DNA of 64,000 nt from Myxococcota bacterium (GTDB taxonomy: Bacteria > Myxococcota_A > SURF-8): positions 1,024,001-1,088,000 of the forward strand of contig OZ223209.1 in assembly GCA_965140415.1 (NCBI GenBank). Reading direction: 5' to 3'. The position numbers and the translations under genes are program-made. Positions 38,182 through 47,692 of this stretch are shown here, in pieces. A model generated the notes under the pieces. That model was not told the origin of the DNA, did not search any database, and saw only the letters and a program-made list of their open reading frames with translations. Each line of letters starts with the position of its first letter. The first letter of the stretch is position 1.

Positions 38182-40299
38182 ATGCGGCGGAAGCGACTGT
38201 TGAAGGGGACGTCTTGGAAATACAAGGCTATGATATTGTTTGTGTATATGCTGCTACTGATTCCTTCTTCGGCGTTTGGCTGGGGAGCGGGAATGCACGC
38301 GACAATGACCTCCCACGCCCACGAGCGCATGACGTCGCGCTGGGCGTCCGCCTTGGATCATGGATTGATGCTGCACGGTTCCTACGGGCCGGATGTCTGG
38401 TATATCCTGTCGGACGACTTTATGAGCATGTTATGCCCGATTGCCTGCGGCGGGGACGATGGCCGCATTTCCAATGAATGCTGGGGGCGCTATACCGACC
38501 CGGATCGCAGCTTTGCCTATTCGCGTCATCTGCTGGTGAATTGCGAAACCATACAGGAGCTCTCCTGGTCATTCGGTTATGCGGCACACACGGTTGAGGA
38601 TTGGCGCGGTCATCTCGAATATATCATTCCGGATTGGCGCAGCCCAGAAGGCGATCTCTACAGCCGTCACACCATGATCGACTCTACCGGAGCGGCCCTG
38701 GCATTTAATGTATGGGGATTTCATGGCTATCCCACGCGTTTTCCGGTGGATCGGGAAATTTTCGGTTACAAAGACGGCGGTTTTCTGAGCACTGAAAACT
38801 TCGAGCAGACCGGCGGACGGGATCCCGAAGCAGGGTTGATTGTCGGTGTGCGGGAATTGTCCAACGGTGATCGCATCGCACAGTGGAACGGTGGTTTGAA
38901 TCCTGAAATTCGAGGTGTCGGCGGGGAGGATATCTGTCGTGTCAGCAATGCTGCCAGCCTGGGTTCGGCCTCGGAAGGTATTTTGGCAGCGCAGTATGGC
39001 ATGACAGATTATGACGCCTACGGAAACGATTTCCCGATCGTCGTTGAAGATGGCGCCGTGGCGATCGACTGCGGCACGAACTATTGCCAGCGATTCGACA
39101 GCGAACTGGGCGGAGGCGGCGGTATGGCCTGCCAGGTGAATATGGGCGCGATCAGTGGGTTGGCGCAATGGGACAGCTATTTAAAACCGGCGGATGAAAG
39201 CTCCGAAGAGATCGTGGTGAACCGGGAGGAAGTCGAAGAGTGGATGGACAAAATCGCCGGGGAATTCAGCCACGGCGGTGTGCGTATGGACGACAATGCG
39301 CTATTCGGCATCGACCCGGATACGGGCAAGAGCACGTTGCATCTGGAAGGCGTTGACGGGCGCGATTATACCTACGGTCGCACCATGCCTGAAATCGTGG
39401 ATGAGGTATTGGACCTCAACATTCAAGACGTTACGGATCAGCTATTCGAAAATGGACACGTAATAGGAACGGTGTTGCAGTCGCGTTTGTCACCATTGGA
39501 GAAAGCGCGTTTTGTGGCCTTCGGTTTTCATTATCGACCTCGCATGAGCGCCTGGCCGGACAGTCTCCCATATGAAGATGCTTCCGTGCAGCTTTCGCCG
39601 CTAGCGCCCGGTCCCTTTGCCAGCGTGCAGTTGCCCGTCGATCTGAGACCGGAAGAAACGAATGCCGCCCCGGAGATGGTGTTTCCGTATTATCTGGCCA
39701 CCCTGCGCTTCGATCCCGAGAGCCTGTATGGGCAGGGGCGCATCGAAGGCGGGGTCAGCTATCGTGATGCGGAAGGGAACATCGATGGCGAAGAAACAGG
39801 CTTTACGCTTGACTGGCCAGCCGCAACCTTGACGCAGCCGGGGGAAATGGCCAGCTTGAAGGAAGAAGAAGGCGAACAGGTTCTGCGCATCGTTCTGGAT
39901 AATCGCGAGGGTGGCTGGTTCTATTACCCGGAAGGCGAGAAAGATCGTGCTCTGATGCTGCAATTGAATCTGGTCGTTACCGACGAAACCCAGCCACCGT
40001 TCGACTGGCTCTGGGACATCGAATTAGCCGGATATTGCGATGCACCCGACTTGACTGCTCCCGCCGCTCCGCCTTCGGATAACAAAGCTTGCCCGCTTGC
40101 CAAACCCGATTTTCCCGAGCCGGAATCGGATGGCGACATGGAAACGGATGCCAATCTGTCGGATGGCGATCTGGATAATACTGGCAACGACGGCAGTGAC
40201 GACGGCTGCCGGAGCGCCTCTGAGGCTCCGTCTGTCTGGTTGCTCCTGTTGATTGGATTGGCACTGTACAGAAGAAAAAGGTGGGTGTATAGAAAGTAA
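38182..40299 (+). CDS. secreted zinc-dependent phospholipase C/S1-P1 family protein with MYXO-CTERM-like anchor
   Basis: Signal peptide AFG-W; mature W....H; GSYGPD; GYAAH...D..GH; H...D; C-terminal DDGC + TM + RRKR. Confidence 0.7.
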   Translation: MRRKRLLKGTSWKYKAMILFVYMLLLIPSSAFGWGAGMHATMTSHAHERMTSRWASALDHGLMLHGSYGPDVWYILSDDFMSMLCPIACGGDDGRISNECWGRYTDPDRSFAYSRHLLVNCETIQELSWSFGYAAHTVEDWRGHLEYIIPDWRSPEGDLYSRHTMIDSTGAALAFNVWGFHGYPTRFPVDREIFGYKDGGFLSTENFEQTGGRDPEAGLIVGVRELSNGDRIAQWNGGLNPEIRGVGGEDICRVSNAASLGSASEGILAAQYGMTDYDAYGNDFPIVVEDGAVAIDCGTNYCQRFDSELGGGGGMACQVNMGAISGLAQWDSYLKPADESSEEIVVNREEVEEWMDKIAGEFSHGGVRMDDNALFGIDPDTGKSTLHLEGVDGRDYTYGRTMPEIVDEVLDLNIQDVTDQLFENGHVIGTVLQSRLSPLEKARFVAFGFHYRPRMSAWPDSLPYEDASVQLSPLAPGPFASVQLPVDLRPEETNAAPEMVFPYYLATLRFDPESLYGQGRIEGGVSYRDAEGNIDGEETGFTLDWPAATLTQPGEMASLKEEEGEQVLRIVLDNREGGWFYYPEGEKDRALMLQLNLVVTDETQPPFDWLWDIELAGYCDAPDLTAPAAPPSDNKACPLAKPDFPEPESDGDMETDANLSDGDLDNTGNDGSDDGCRSASEAPSVWLLLLIGLALYRRKRWVYRK

Positions 40300-40472
40300 A
40301 ATGAATATATAATGGGTGGTGTAATGTAGGTTTTGGTGGTATGGTAATGTACATGTTGAAGTCCTACCTCAATAGAAAACGATTTATCGGGGGAACGCGA
40401 AGGATTGAAGGTAAATGTTATTATCGTTCCCAACGGAATGTAACCTAATGGAAGGAGTGAGAAGGGGGAAAA

Positions 40473-40928
40473 ATGATTCCTAAAAATGAGAGCGACAAAA
40501 TCGATGTTCTGAAAATGCAATTCAATCAAGTTTATCAGGAATCCAGGCGCTACAGCGATATGAATTGGAAGAATCCTACTGTAGCAGCAACAGCCATGAT
40601 CGGTCTTGTTGCAATACTTAAGCAAGTTCAATTTTCAATAACCGATTCGAACTATCCGATGATCCTTGCATTCATTGTACTTATTGCAGTTGGAAGCCAC
40701 ATAAGATTGATATTCGTAAGAAGCTGTTTAACGATAAATCGTACTATTATGAATAATTGTAGAGAAGCGCTGTCTCTTTTTGAAGAGAAGGCATACCATC
40801 AAGAGAAATCGATTCTTCCAAAGGGATGGCTTAATACGACAGGGAATACTTGGTTCCATTGCTTTTTGCACCTTACAGTTTTTGGCGCAATGCTTCTCGC
40901 AATCATATTGCTTAACGGAATGAATTAA
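40473..40928 (+). CDS. low-GC hypothetical membrane protein (about 3 TM)
   Basis: AT-rich ORF with RBS and hydrophobic segments; composition differs from neighbours. Confidence 0.65.
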   Translation: MIPKNESDKIDVLKMQFNQVYQESRRYSDMNWKNPTVAATAMIGLVAILKQVQFSITDSNYPMILAFIVLIAVGSHIRLIFVRSCLTINRTIMNNCREALSLFEEKAYHQEKSILPKGWLNTTGNTWFHCFLHLTVFGAMLLAIILLNGMN

Positions 40929-41032
40929 TATTAAGACAAGCTAACCAAGGCTGAAGCTGTCGTTAAAAATCGAGAAAACTTACAGTCTGATTAAATTCTG
41001 CTATTTCCACATCACCAACCCCGACGAATTCT

Positions 41033-41180
41033 GTAGTGTGCGTTTACGGTCATTTAGGTGTCATTTACGTGCTTCTCCGGTCGAGCGAATTTTTGATGTG
41101 GTCATGTAGTGTTCGTTAGGGTCATTTAGTGTTGCTTTATGTGTCAGGTAGTGTGCGTTTACGGTCATCTACGGTCGTCT
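41033..41180. repeat. intergenic array of degenerate 10-11-bp repeats with a 21-bp higher-order unit
   Basis: GTAGTGTGCGTTTACGGTCAT occurs exactly at 41033 and 41148 and degenerately at 41106; the core GTCAT(T/C/G)TA recurs. Confidence 0.75.
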
Positions 41181-41360
41181 GTTTAAATTTGCCGTACGCT
41201 AATGTAAAGCGGAAAACCGAAGTCGAATTGGCTGCGAACTACAAGCGAATAGGATAGAAAACGCCTCTAATGTATTAGATAACCGTCAGCAGCGATGCAT
41301 GATAAATGCACGGGATTTGCTTCGTCGCCCGCAAACAGAGATTTCGTATTTTAACCTGGC

Positions 41361-41403
41361 AGCCTTGCGCAGCAATCGCCTTGCGCAAGGCTTTCTACTT
41401 TTT
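41361..41403 (+). terminator. probable intrinsic terminator
   Basis: AGCCTTGCGCA-N10-TGCGCAAGGCT followed by TTCTACTTTTT. Confidence 0.55.
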
Positions 41404-41553
41404 CCAGCTTTGCTCTGGTACCCGGTAATTCTTTTAGCGGCTGACAAAAATTGCCACAGATTCCAGCCCTATGTTTATGGGGAGCTTGCCATCTGTGACC
41501 GCGATAGCTGAAGAATATCAGACCGACCTGACCTTCTACCGTTGAACGCTTGA

Positions 41554-41581
41554 TTGACAATCACGGAATCAGTTGTAGAAT
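41554..41581 (+). promoter_or_regulatory. sigma70-type promoter of nifS-selD
   Basis: TTGACA-N16-TAGAAT with TG immediately before the -10 box. Confidence 0.6.
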
Positions 41582-41698
41582 CCATGGCATAGAAAACCGT
41601 ACGAAAGATCAGGAAAACGAAGACGGTCAAACGCAAATTAACGAGGTTACATGCTGCTTGTTCCCAAAACGCCTCGATTTAAAATTGGATAGGGACTA

Positions 41699-43897
41699 AT
41701 GAATATGGACCCGATCTATTTAGACTACAACGCTACCACACCCATCGACCCACGGGTTGGTGAAGCGATGATCCCCTTTATTCGTAAACATTACGGCAAT
41801 CCGAGTAGTAGTCACGTTTTGGGCGTGGCTACACGGCAGGCCGTTGACCGTGCCCGCAAGCAGGTGGCGGAACTGCTTGGTTGCGGAATCGAAGAGGTCA
41901 TCTTTACCTCCGGGGGCTCGGAGTCTAACAACTACGCGATTAAGGGAATCGCCTGGGCGCGCAGGGACCGTGGCAATCACATCGTGACTTCGGCCATCGA
42001 ACACCCGGCTGTGATCGAGGTCTGCCGCTATCTGGAGGAACATGGATTCAGCGTTACCTATTTGCCGGTAGATGCTGACGGTCTGGTCTCGGTTGCGGAT
42101 TTAGAAGCCTCTCTTACACCCAGGACTATCCTCGTCTCCATCATGCACGCCAACAACGAGGTGGGAAGCATTCAGCCCATCGCAGAGATGGCGGCTATCA
42201 CTCGGGCGCGTGGCATCGCCTTCCATACGGATTGCGCCCAGGCCGTCGGTAAAGTCCCCGTGCGGGTTGACGATTTAGGCGTGGACCTGCTGTCCGTGGC
42301 CGGACACAAACTCTATGCACCAAAAGGAATTGGGGCTCTGTACGTGCGTAGCGGCACTCGACTCGAAAAGCTGGTACATGGTGCCGATCACGAGATGAAC
42401 TGGAGGGCCGGAACCGAGAACGTGTTGGAAATCGTGGGATTGGGAGAAGCCTGTCGCCTGGTCCGTGAAGATCTGGACGAGGAGATGCCCCGTCTGGCAA
42501 CGCTGCGTAACAAACTGGAACACAGCTTGCGCGAGCGCTATCCCGACTTGCGTTTCAATGGTCATTCTGAAAAGCGTCTGCCCAACACGGCCAGCATCAG
42601 TTTTCCGAGTCTTGAGGCCAATACGATTCTCAGTGAGTTGACCGGCGTTGCCGCCTCGGCGGGGGCGGCCTGCCACAGCGACCACGTTGACGTTTCCGCC
42701 GTGCTGACCGCCATGAACGTACCCCTGGAATACGCCATGGGCACCTTGCGGTTTTCCGTCGGACGATTCACCACCGAGCAGGAGATCGACCGGGCGATTA
42801 TCGAGATCGGCGAGGTCGTGGACCGCTTACAGCCTGCGGGCCTCTGCGAAGTGGCAGCTTCTGACGAGGAGATCAAGCTGACCCGCTTCACCCATGGATT
42901 GGGCTGTGCCTGCAAACTGCGTCCCCAGGTGCTGGAATCCGTAGTGAGCCGCCTGGCTCTGCCGGACGATCCCAAGGTGTTGGTTGGAGCCGATACTTCC
43001 GATGATGCTGCCGTTTACAAACTGGACGACCTAACGGCCCTGATCGCCACGGTGGATTTCTTCACTCCCATTGTGGATGACCCATACGAGTTTGGAGCCA
43101 TTGCCGCCGCCAATTCACTGAGCGATGTCTACGCCATGGGAGGACGCCCATTGTTCGCCTTGAACGTGGTGGGTTTTCCCTCAAATCGCCTGCCGGTTTC
43201 GGTTCTGGAAAAGATTCTGCTTGGCGCTCAGAACAAGGCGAAAGAGGCGGGTATAAACATTGTGGGAGGCCATACGGTAGATGACACGGAACCCAAGTTC
43301 GGTCTGGCCGTAACCGGTGTTGTGGCTCTCGATAAGATGGTGGCTAATCGTGGCGCTTGTCCCGGCGATGTTCTGGTGCTGACCAAGCCGTTGGGAACCG
43401 GTGTGCTGTCTACGGCTCTTAAACAGGGATTGTTGGACGAGACACAGCGGCAACGTCTGGTGGAAACCATGGCCTGCTTGAACTGGGGCGCTGCCGAGGC
43501 GATGCAGGAAGTCGGCGTGCACGCCGCAACGGATATTACCGGCTTTGGATTGTGCGGACATCTTCTGGAAATGCTGAAGGCTTCGGGTGTTGGTGGAGAA
43601 CTCCGCTTCGACGCGGTGCCATTCTTACCCGGTGTGTTCGAGTTGGCGGCTTCGGGTGTGATCCCCGGCGGGTCACGAGACAACTTCGAGTTCACTCGAC
43701 CTCACCTGACTTATCCTGAGTCCTTGTCGGAAATTCGCAGGATCGTGCTCAACGACGCGCAGACTTCGGGCGGGTTGCTGATTGCCGTGGCTGAGGATCG
43801 AGTCGCCGATCTGCTACGGGTGCTGGATGCGAAGCAGGTTGAAACGCAGGCTGTAGTTGGAAGCATCACCGAAGGTTCCGGCATACGCGTGATCTAA
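41699..43897 (+). CDS. selD: fusion of cysteine desulfurase/selenocysteine lyase (NifS-type) and selenide, water dikinase (SelD)
   Basis: N-half: YLDYNATTP, FTSGGSESNN, AIEHPAV, MHANNEVG, GHK.YAPKG, SAGAACHS. C-half: LTRFTHGLGCACK, DDAAVY, TVDFFTP, AANSLSDVYAMGG, GGHT, TDITGFGL.GH, DAQTSGGLL. Confidence 0.93.
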   Translation: MNMDPIYLDYNATTPIDPRVGEAMIPFIRKHYGNPSSSHVLGVATRQAVDRARKQVAELLGCGIEEVIFTSGGSESNNYAIKGIAWARRDRGNHIVTSAIEHPAVIEVCRYLEEHGFSVTYLPVDADGLVSVADLEASLTPRTILVSIMHANNEVGSIQPIAEMAAITRARGIAFHTDCAQAVGKVPVRVDDLGVDLLSVAGHKLYAPKGIGALYVRSGTRLEKLVHGADHEMNWRAGTENVLEIVGLGEACRLVREDLDEEMPRLATLRNKLEHSLRERYPDLRFNGHSEKRLPNTASISFPSLEANTILSELTGVAASAGAACHSDHVDVSAVLTAMNVPLEYAMGTLRFSVGRFTTEQEIDRAIIEIGEVVDRLQPAGLCEVAASDEEIKLTRFTHGLGCACKLRPQVLESVVSRLALPDDPKVLVGADTSDDAAVYKLDDLTALIATVDFFTPIVDDPYEFGAIAAANSLSDVYAMGGRPLFALNVVGFPSNRLPVSVLEKILLGAQNKAKEAGINIVGGHTVDDTEPKFGLAVTGVVALDKMVANRGACPGDVLVLTKPLGTGVLSTALKQGLLDETQRQRLVETMACLNWGAAEAMQEVGVHAATDITGFGLCGHLLEMLKASGVGGELRFDAVPFLPGVFELAASGVIPGGSRDNFEFTRPHLTYPESLSEIRRIVLNDAQTSGGLLIAVAEDRVADLLRVLDAKQVETQAVVGSITEGSGIRVI

Positions 43898-43947
43898 ACA
43901 GCGTACCAGAACGGCGGCATTGACGTATTGCTCATTGTTCACATCCG

Positions 43948-46900
43948 TCAGTCGCTTTGACCGTGGGAATCCGTAAGCTTCCGACGTTGGACATCGCCGC
44001 GTAAGCGGATCGCACGAATCATGCAAAGAAACGCCCACAGGAACAGACCGAACGGTAGCAACTCGTTTGATGATACCTGGTGGCAGCCGTCACCACCCTC
44101 ATCCGAGATTGCGGCGTTATCCTTATCCCCATTGCCTTCCATATTATCGATGTCCTCATCACCATCCGGCAGATTGGATGATGCAGGTCGCACAACTTCG
44201 ATATGCGGCCACTCCAGCGGATCGAAACCGTCGAATAACTCCATCGCGGGTGTGGCGTCGCCGACGGGATTATCGGCTATCGATAGCGCAAAGATCCGAA
44301 TCGTCGGGTTGTTTGGTAGCTGCAATGTGCGAGCGCCGTCCGGAACGGGAAGCTCATAGATATACACGGACCCAAACGCATAGGGTTCATTCATGTAGGG
44401 CAGATGGCGGTGCGTCGTGTAGAAAGCGATCGGATCGAGATTCAGAAAACCGGGTGCGATATCCTCCGGGTTCTCCACCACCTCCCCGTTGACTACCAGG
44501 CTGTGCCACTGACCGATCCATGCGTCGAATGCTCCAATGTGCAGCGGGAAGGACTGACCGTCGATGATGAACGATTCCTCGACGGCTTCGCTCGCTGCTG
44601 CAAGCAGGTATAGTCGCTCACCGGGAACGGGGTCGATAGTTATCGTCTGTCCTTTGCAACTCAGTGCGTTGTTTTCTCCCTCGACAGATGAACCCAACTT
44701 GAATTGTACGCCCATGACGGTGACCTTGTCCGGCCATTGCTCTCCAGGATAGGCGCTGTCCGTGGTTTCGTCGAAACCGCCATCGGCACGGTTCGCATCC
44801 AAACTGACGACATCGCTATCGAAAGACAACTCGACCGAGCGGCTTGAGGACGGGTCGCTCTCGATCATGGACGACACGAGATTCACGCGCATGGTGCGCA
44901 ACTCGAACGGTTTAAAATCGAGAAGAAGTTTGCCATTATCGACGTCCAGGGAATTCAACTCCCGTTCTTCTCCGTCCAGTTCCCAGGCGGCGCTGATTCC
45001 GTCACCCATTGTAAGCGCAACACCGGAAAGGGTGCGGTTCTGCGTCTCGCGCAGGCGCAGGACATATCCGTTTCCATCCTCTGCGGCTTTCATCGCCATT
45101 AACTGCAATCCTGTGTGGTCTAACTGGAGAAAGGAAGCATGACGGCCAAGATCTCCCGCATGTTTCGACAATTGAGCAACCAGCAGTGGCCGATTCACCA
45201 CCGCAGCCGCTCGAACGGAGTCATCCAACCAGTCACCCGTATGCGGAAATAGGGCCGTGCGCAGGGTGTGGGAACCCAGATCCTGTAGATACTGGAATTT
45301 CCTGTCCGAATCCGGCTCACCTGTCGGTGTGTGAAGCAGGGTCAAGCGCAATTCGTTTTCACTGGGTCGATCCCAGCCATAGCGGGAATCGTTTATAACG
45401 GTTAAACCTCGACTTTTATCCTTGTTGCTCAGGTCGGCCCACTGCTGCGCGGGTGCTTCATAGAGACGTTCGGTATTGACGGGTCGTTCGATGACACCCA
45501 GGCCGAGATCGTAGGTCGCCTGTGCCGCATCGGTAGGAAATGTAACCGACAGTTTCAACAGCGATCCAAGGGTTTGCCAGTCGATGGCGTAGTCGATAAG
45601 CGGGAAAGCCATGCTAGACCCGGCACCGAGCCCGATCTTTTCTACGAAGGTCGAATCACCAGCATGACGGGTGACTTCGACTTCGACCAGGGCCGGACCG
45701 TTGCGGGTGACACGCACCTGGGCTGGAGCGGATACCACGGATCGCGGCGCAGCACTGACATCCTCATAACGAATCTCCCAGGCTGGATAACGATCCGGTC
45801 GATCGTCGAGGATTTGAAGCGCAACCGGAGCCGCCAGAAACTCTTGTTCCGTGTTCTTGTCGAACAATGAGGCAATGTTGCCATTGCCATCCAGTTCCAG
45901 CCGGTATCGATCGTTTTCAAGGGCATTTTCGCTTGCCTGCAAACCCTTGCTCATCTCGCAGGGCGTTTCGGATTCGCGCACGTCGTATACAACGACGCCC
46001 ACACTGGGAATGGCGGCGACAAATGTTACTTCCAGGACCGTATCGGACACCACCTGCATCTGTGAGGGGACTTCCTTTCCATCCGGATCGAAAACGCGTA
46101 CGGCTTGAGGTGCGGACGTATTGTAACGAACGAGCGCAGTCACGGCTTCTTCCCGGTCGAATGCCAGCGTGTTGTATACCGCCAAGGGCTTGCCTTCTAC
46201 ATTCGTATCGAGCACCTGTGCCACGGCTCCCATTCCCCCTGAAATCAGAGTTGCAAACCGGTTTTGAGCCACACGTTCGTCGTTCCATGAGAACCGAAGT
46301 GCCTGCGGAATGCTGGTTCCGGTAAGATTGTCGTGGAAGTGCTGGTTCAGCACCCGCATCCAGGCTTCGTCGATGGCGTCTTTCGGGTAGGGCTGCGTTT
46401 TCATCCAGTCGGCGATAACCGACAGCCGTTCGGCGGCTTGTGCCAGAGCCTCGTTCTGTCTGTTCCAGAGTTTGAGCGCCGATTGCGAGGTCAACGTACC
46501 GGTCCCGTGCGTGGAGAGGAGAAGTTCGCCCTTGTATATGGGAAGTGCGGCGATGTCATTCTCATCGAGATCGCGGAACAGCTGATCGGATGCGGCACTG
46601 ATGACTTCCACCGGACCGTCACCGTTGATACTCTCCTGTAATTTCTCCAGGCTGTCGCGATTCACGGAGCCACCGCTGTCGCCCGTGCCGAAATACATCA
46701 TCGCCAGATCAAGTCCCGATTGCTGCCGCTGTTGCTCGATGCGGGCTAGCACTTCCGGATCGTTGCTCAGGTCGCTTTCAATCTGATCTCGGTAATGGCC
46801 ATTTTTTAAAGAAGCAACAATGGAGTGTCCGTCCGGACCTTCCCAGACACCGATGGCAAAGGGCAGATCCACGGCGGTTTCCATAATCTCGAGTTTGGCG

Positions 46901-47427
46901 GTGGAGAAACCGATACGGCCACAATGAGCGGCGATGGATGGAAGACTGTAGGCGAAGCCGAAACAATCGGGTAGGAATACATCCAGGCTTTCACGGCCAT
47001 ATCGAGAGCGAAAGTAACGGTTTCCATAAAGAAATTGACGGATCAGGGCTTCGGGGGAAGGGATATTGACATCCCCGCCTTCCACCGATCCACCAGCGGG
47101 TGACCATTGACCGCTGTCCATGTAGGCTTGCAGTTCTTCGTGGATGTCGGGATTGTATTCTTCGAGCAAGCGGTAGCGGAAAGAGCCTTCCCAACTGAAA
47201 CGATAGTCCGGGTAATCGTCAAGCTGATTGAAGGATCCCTGAAAGGTGGAGGGGATAAGAAAGAGGATAGTTTCATTGATATCCCACAGATATTGCGTAT
47301 CCAGATGCGAAATCGCAACGACGTAGAGTTTTCCCGACGGTTCTTCATCTGCCGCGGCGCTACTCGGCCAAACGGCGAAGCACAATACGGCTAAAGCGAG
47401 AATAAAGGCGATTCCAAGGTGTTTCAT
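43948..47427 (-). CDS. secreted GH38 alpha-mannosidase with MYXO-CTERM-like anchor
   Basis: Signal peptide; SHLDTQYLW; E.LIRQFLYG..YF; LPDCFGF; G.GD.GG; YKGEL....HG.G..TSQ; QHFHD.L.GTSI; C-terminal GDGC + TM + basic tail. Confidence 0.9.
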   Translation of the reverse strand: MKHLGIAFILALAVLCFAVWPSSAAADEEPSGKLYVVAISHLDTQYLWDINETILFLIPSTFQGSFNQLDDYPDYRFSWEGSFRYRLLEEYNPDIHEELQAYMDSGQWSPAGGSVEGGDVNIPSPEALIRQFLYGNRYFRSRYGRESLDVFLPDCFGFAYSLPSIAAHCGRIGFSTAKLEIMETAVDLPFAIGVWEGPDGHSIVASLKNGHYRDQIESDLSNDPEVLARIEQQRQQSGLDLAMMYFGTGDSGGSVNRDSLEKLQESINGDGPVEVISAASDQLFRDLDENDIAALPIYKGELLLSTHGTGTLTSQSALKLWNRQNEALAQAAERLSVIADWMKTQPYPKDAIDEAWMRVLNQHFHDNLTGTSIPQALRFSWNDERVAQNRFATLISGGMGAVAQVLDTNVEGKPLAVYNTLAFDREEAVTALVRYNTSAPQAVRVFDPDGKEVPSQMQVVSDTVLEVTFVAAIPSVGVVVYDVRESETPCEMSKGLQASENALENDRYRLELDGNGNIASLFDKNTEQEFLAAPVALQILDDRPDRYPAWEIRYEDVSAAPRSVVSAPAQVRVTRNGPALVEVEVTRHAGDSTFVEKIGLGAGSSMAFPLIDYAIDWQTLGSLLKLSVTFPTDAAQATYDLGLGVIERPVNTERLYEAPAQQWADLSNKDKSRGLTVINDSRYGWDRPSENELRLTLLHTPTGEPDSDRKFQYLQDLGSHTLRTALFPHTGDWLDDSVRAAAVVNRPLLVAQLSKHAGDLGRHASFLQLDHTGLQLMAMKAAEDGNGYVLRLRETQNRTLSGVALTMGDGISAAWELDGEERELNSLDVDNGKLLLDFKPFELRTMRVNLVSSMIESDPSSSRSVELSFDSDVVSLDANRADGGFDETTDSAYPGEQWPDKVTVMGVQFKLGSSVEGENNALSCKGQTITIDPVPGERLYLLAAASEAVEESFIIDGQSFPLHIGAFDAWIGQWHSLVVNGEVVENPEDIAPGFLNLDPIAFYTTHRHLPYMNEPYAFGSVYIYELPVPDGARTLQLPNNPTIRIFALSIADNPVGDATPAMELFDGFDPLEWPHIEVVRPASSNLPDGDEDIDNMEGNGDKDNAAISDEGGDGCHQVSSNELLPFGLFLWAFLCMIRAIRLRGDVQRRKLTDSHGQSD

Positions 47428-47692
47428 CCTGTTTTCCAATCGTGATGCATGGGGGATTACTCGGACCCAGATGATTATAGCAGCCTTGGTTGAATTCAGA
47501 AGTCATTTCGTCATTTTCGCCGAGGCGGGAATCCGATGACCTGTCAACTGGTCGATCAGCTGGTTGTCTTTTCTGTAATGTCTCTCGTAGGGTGACAAAT
47601 AAAAGAAAATTACTTGCATTCGACTACGTAGAACCCTATTGTTAACAGTATATATCCTAATTAGTTTTAGACAAACTCGGTAAGGGGCAGTC

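Noticed and set aside
42900-42916. Selenocysteine (TGA) in the SelD active site
   Set aside because: The codons are TGT and TGC (GCACK); there is no in-frame TGA.
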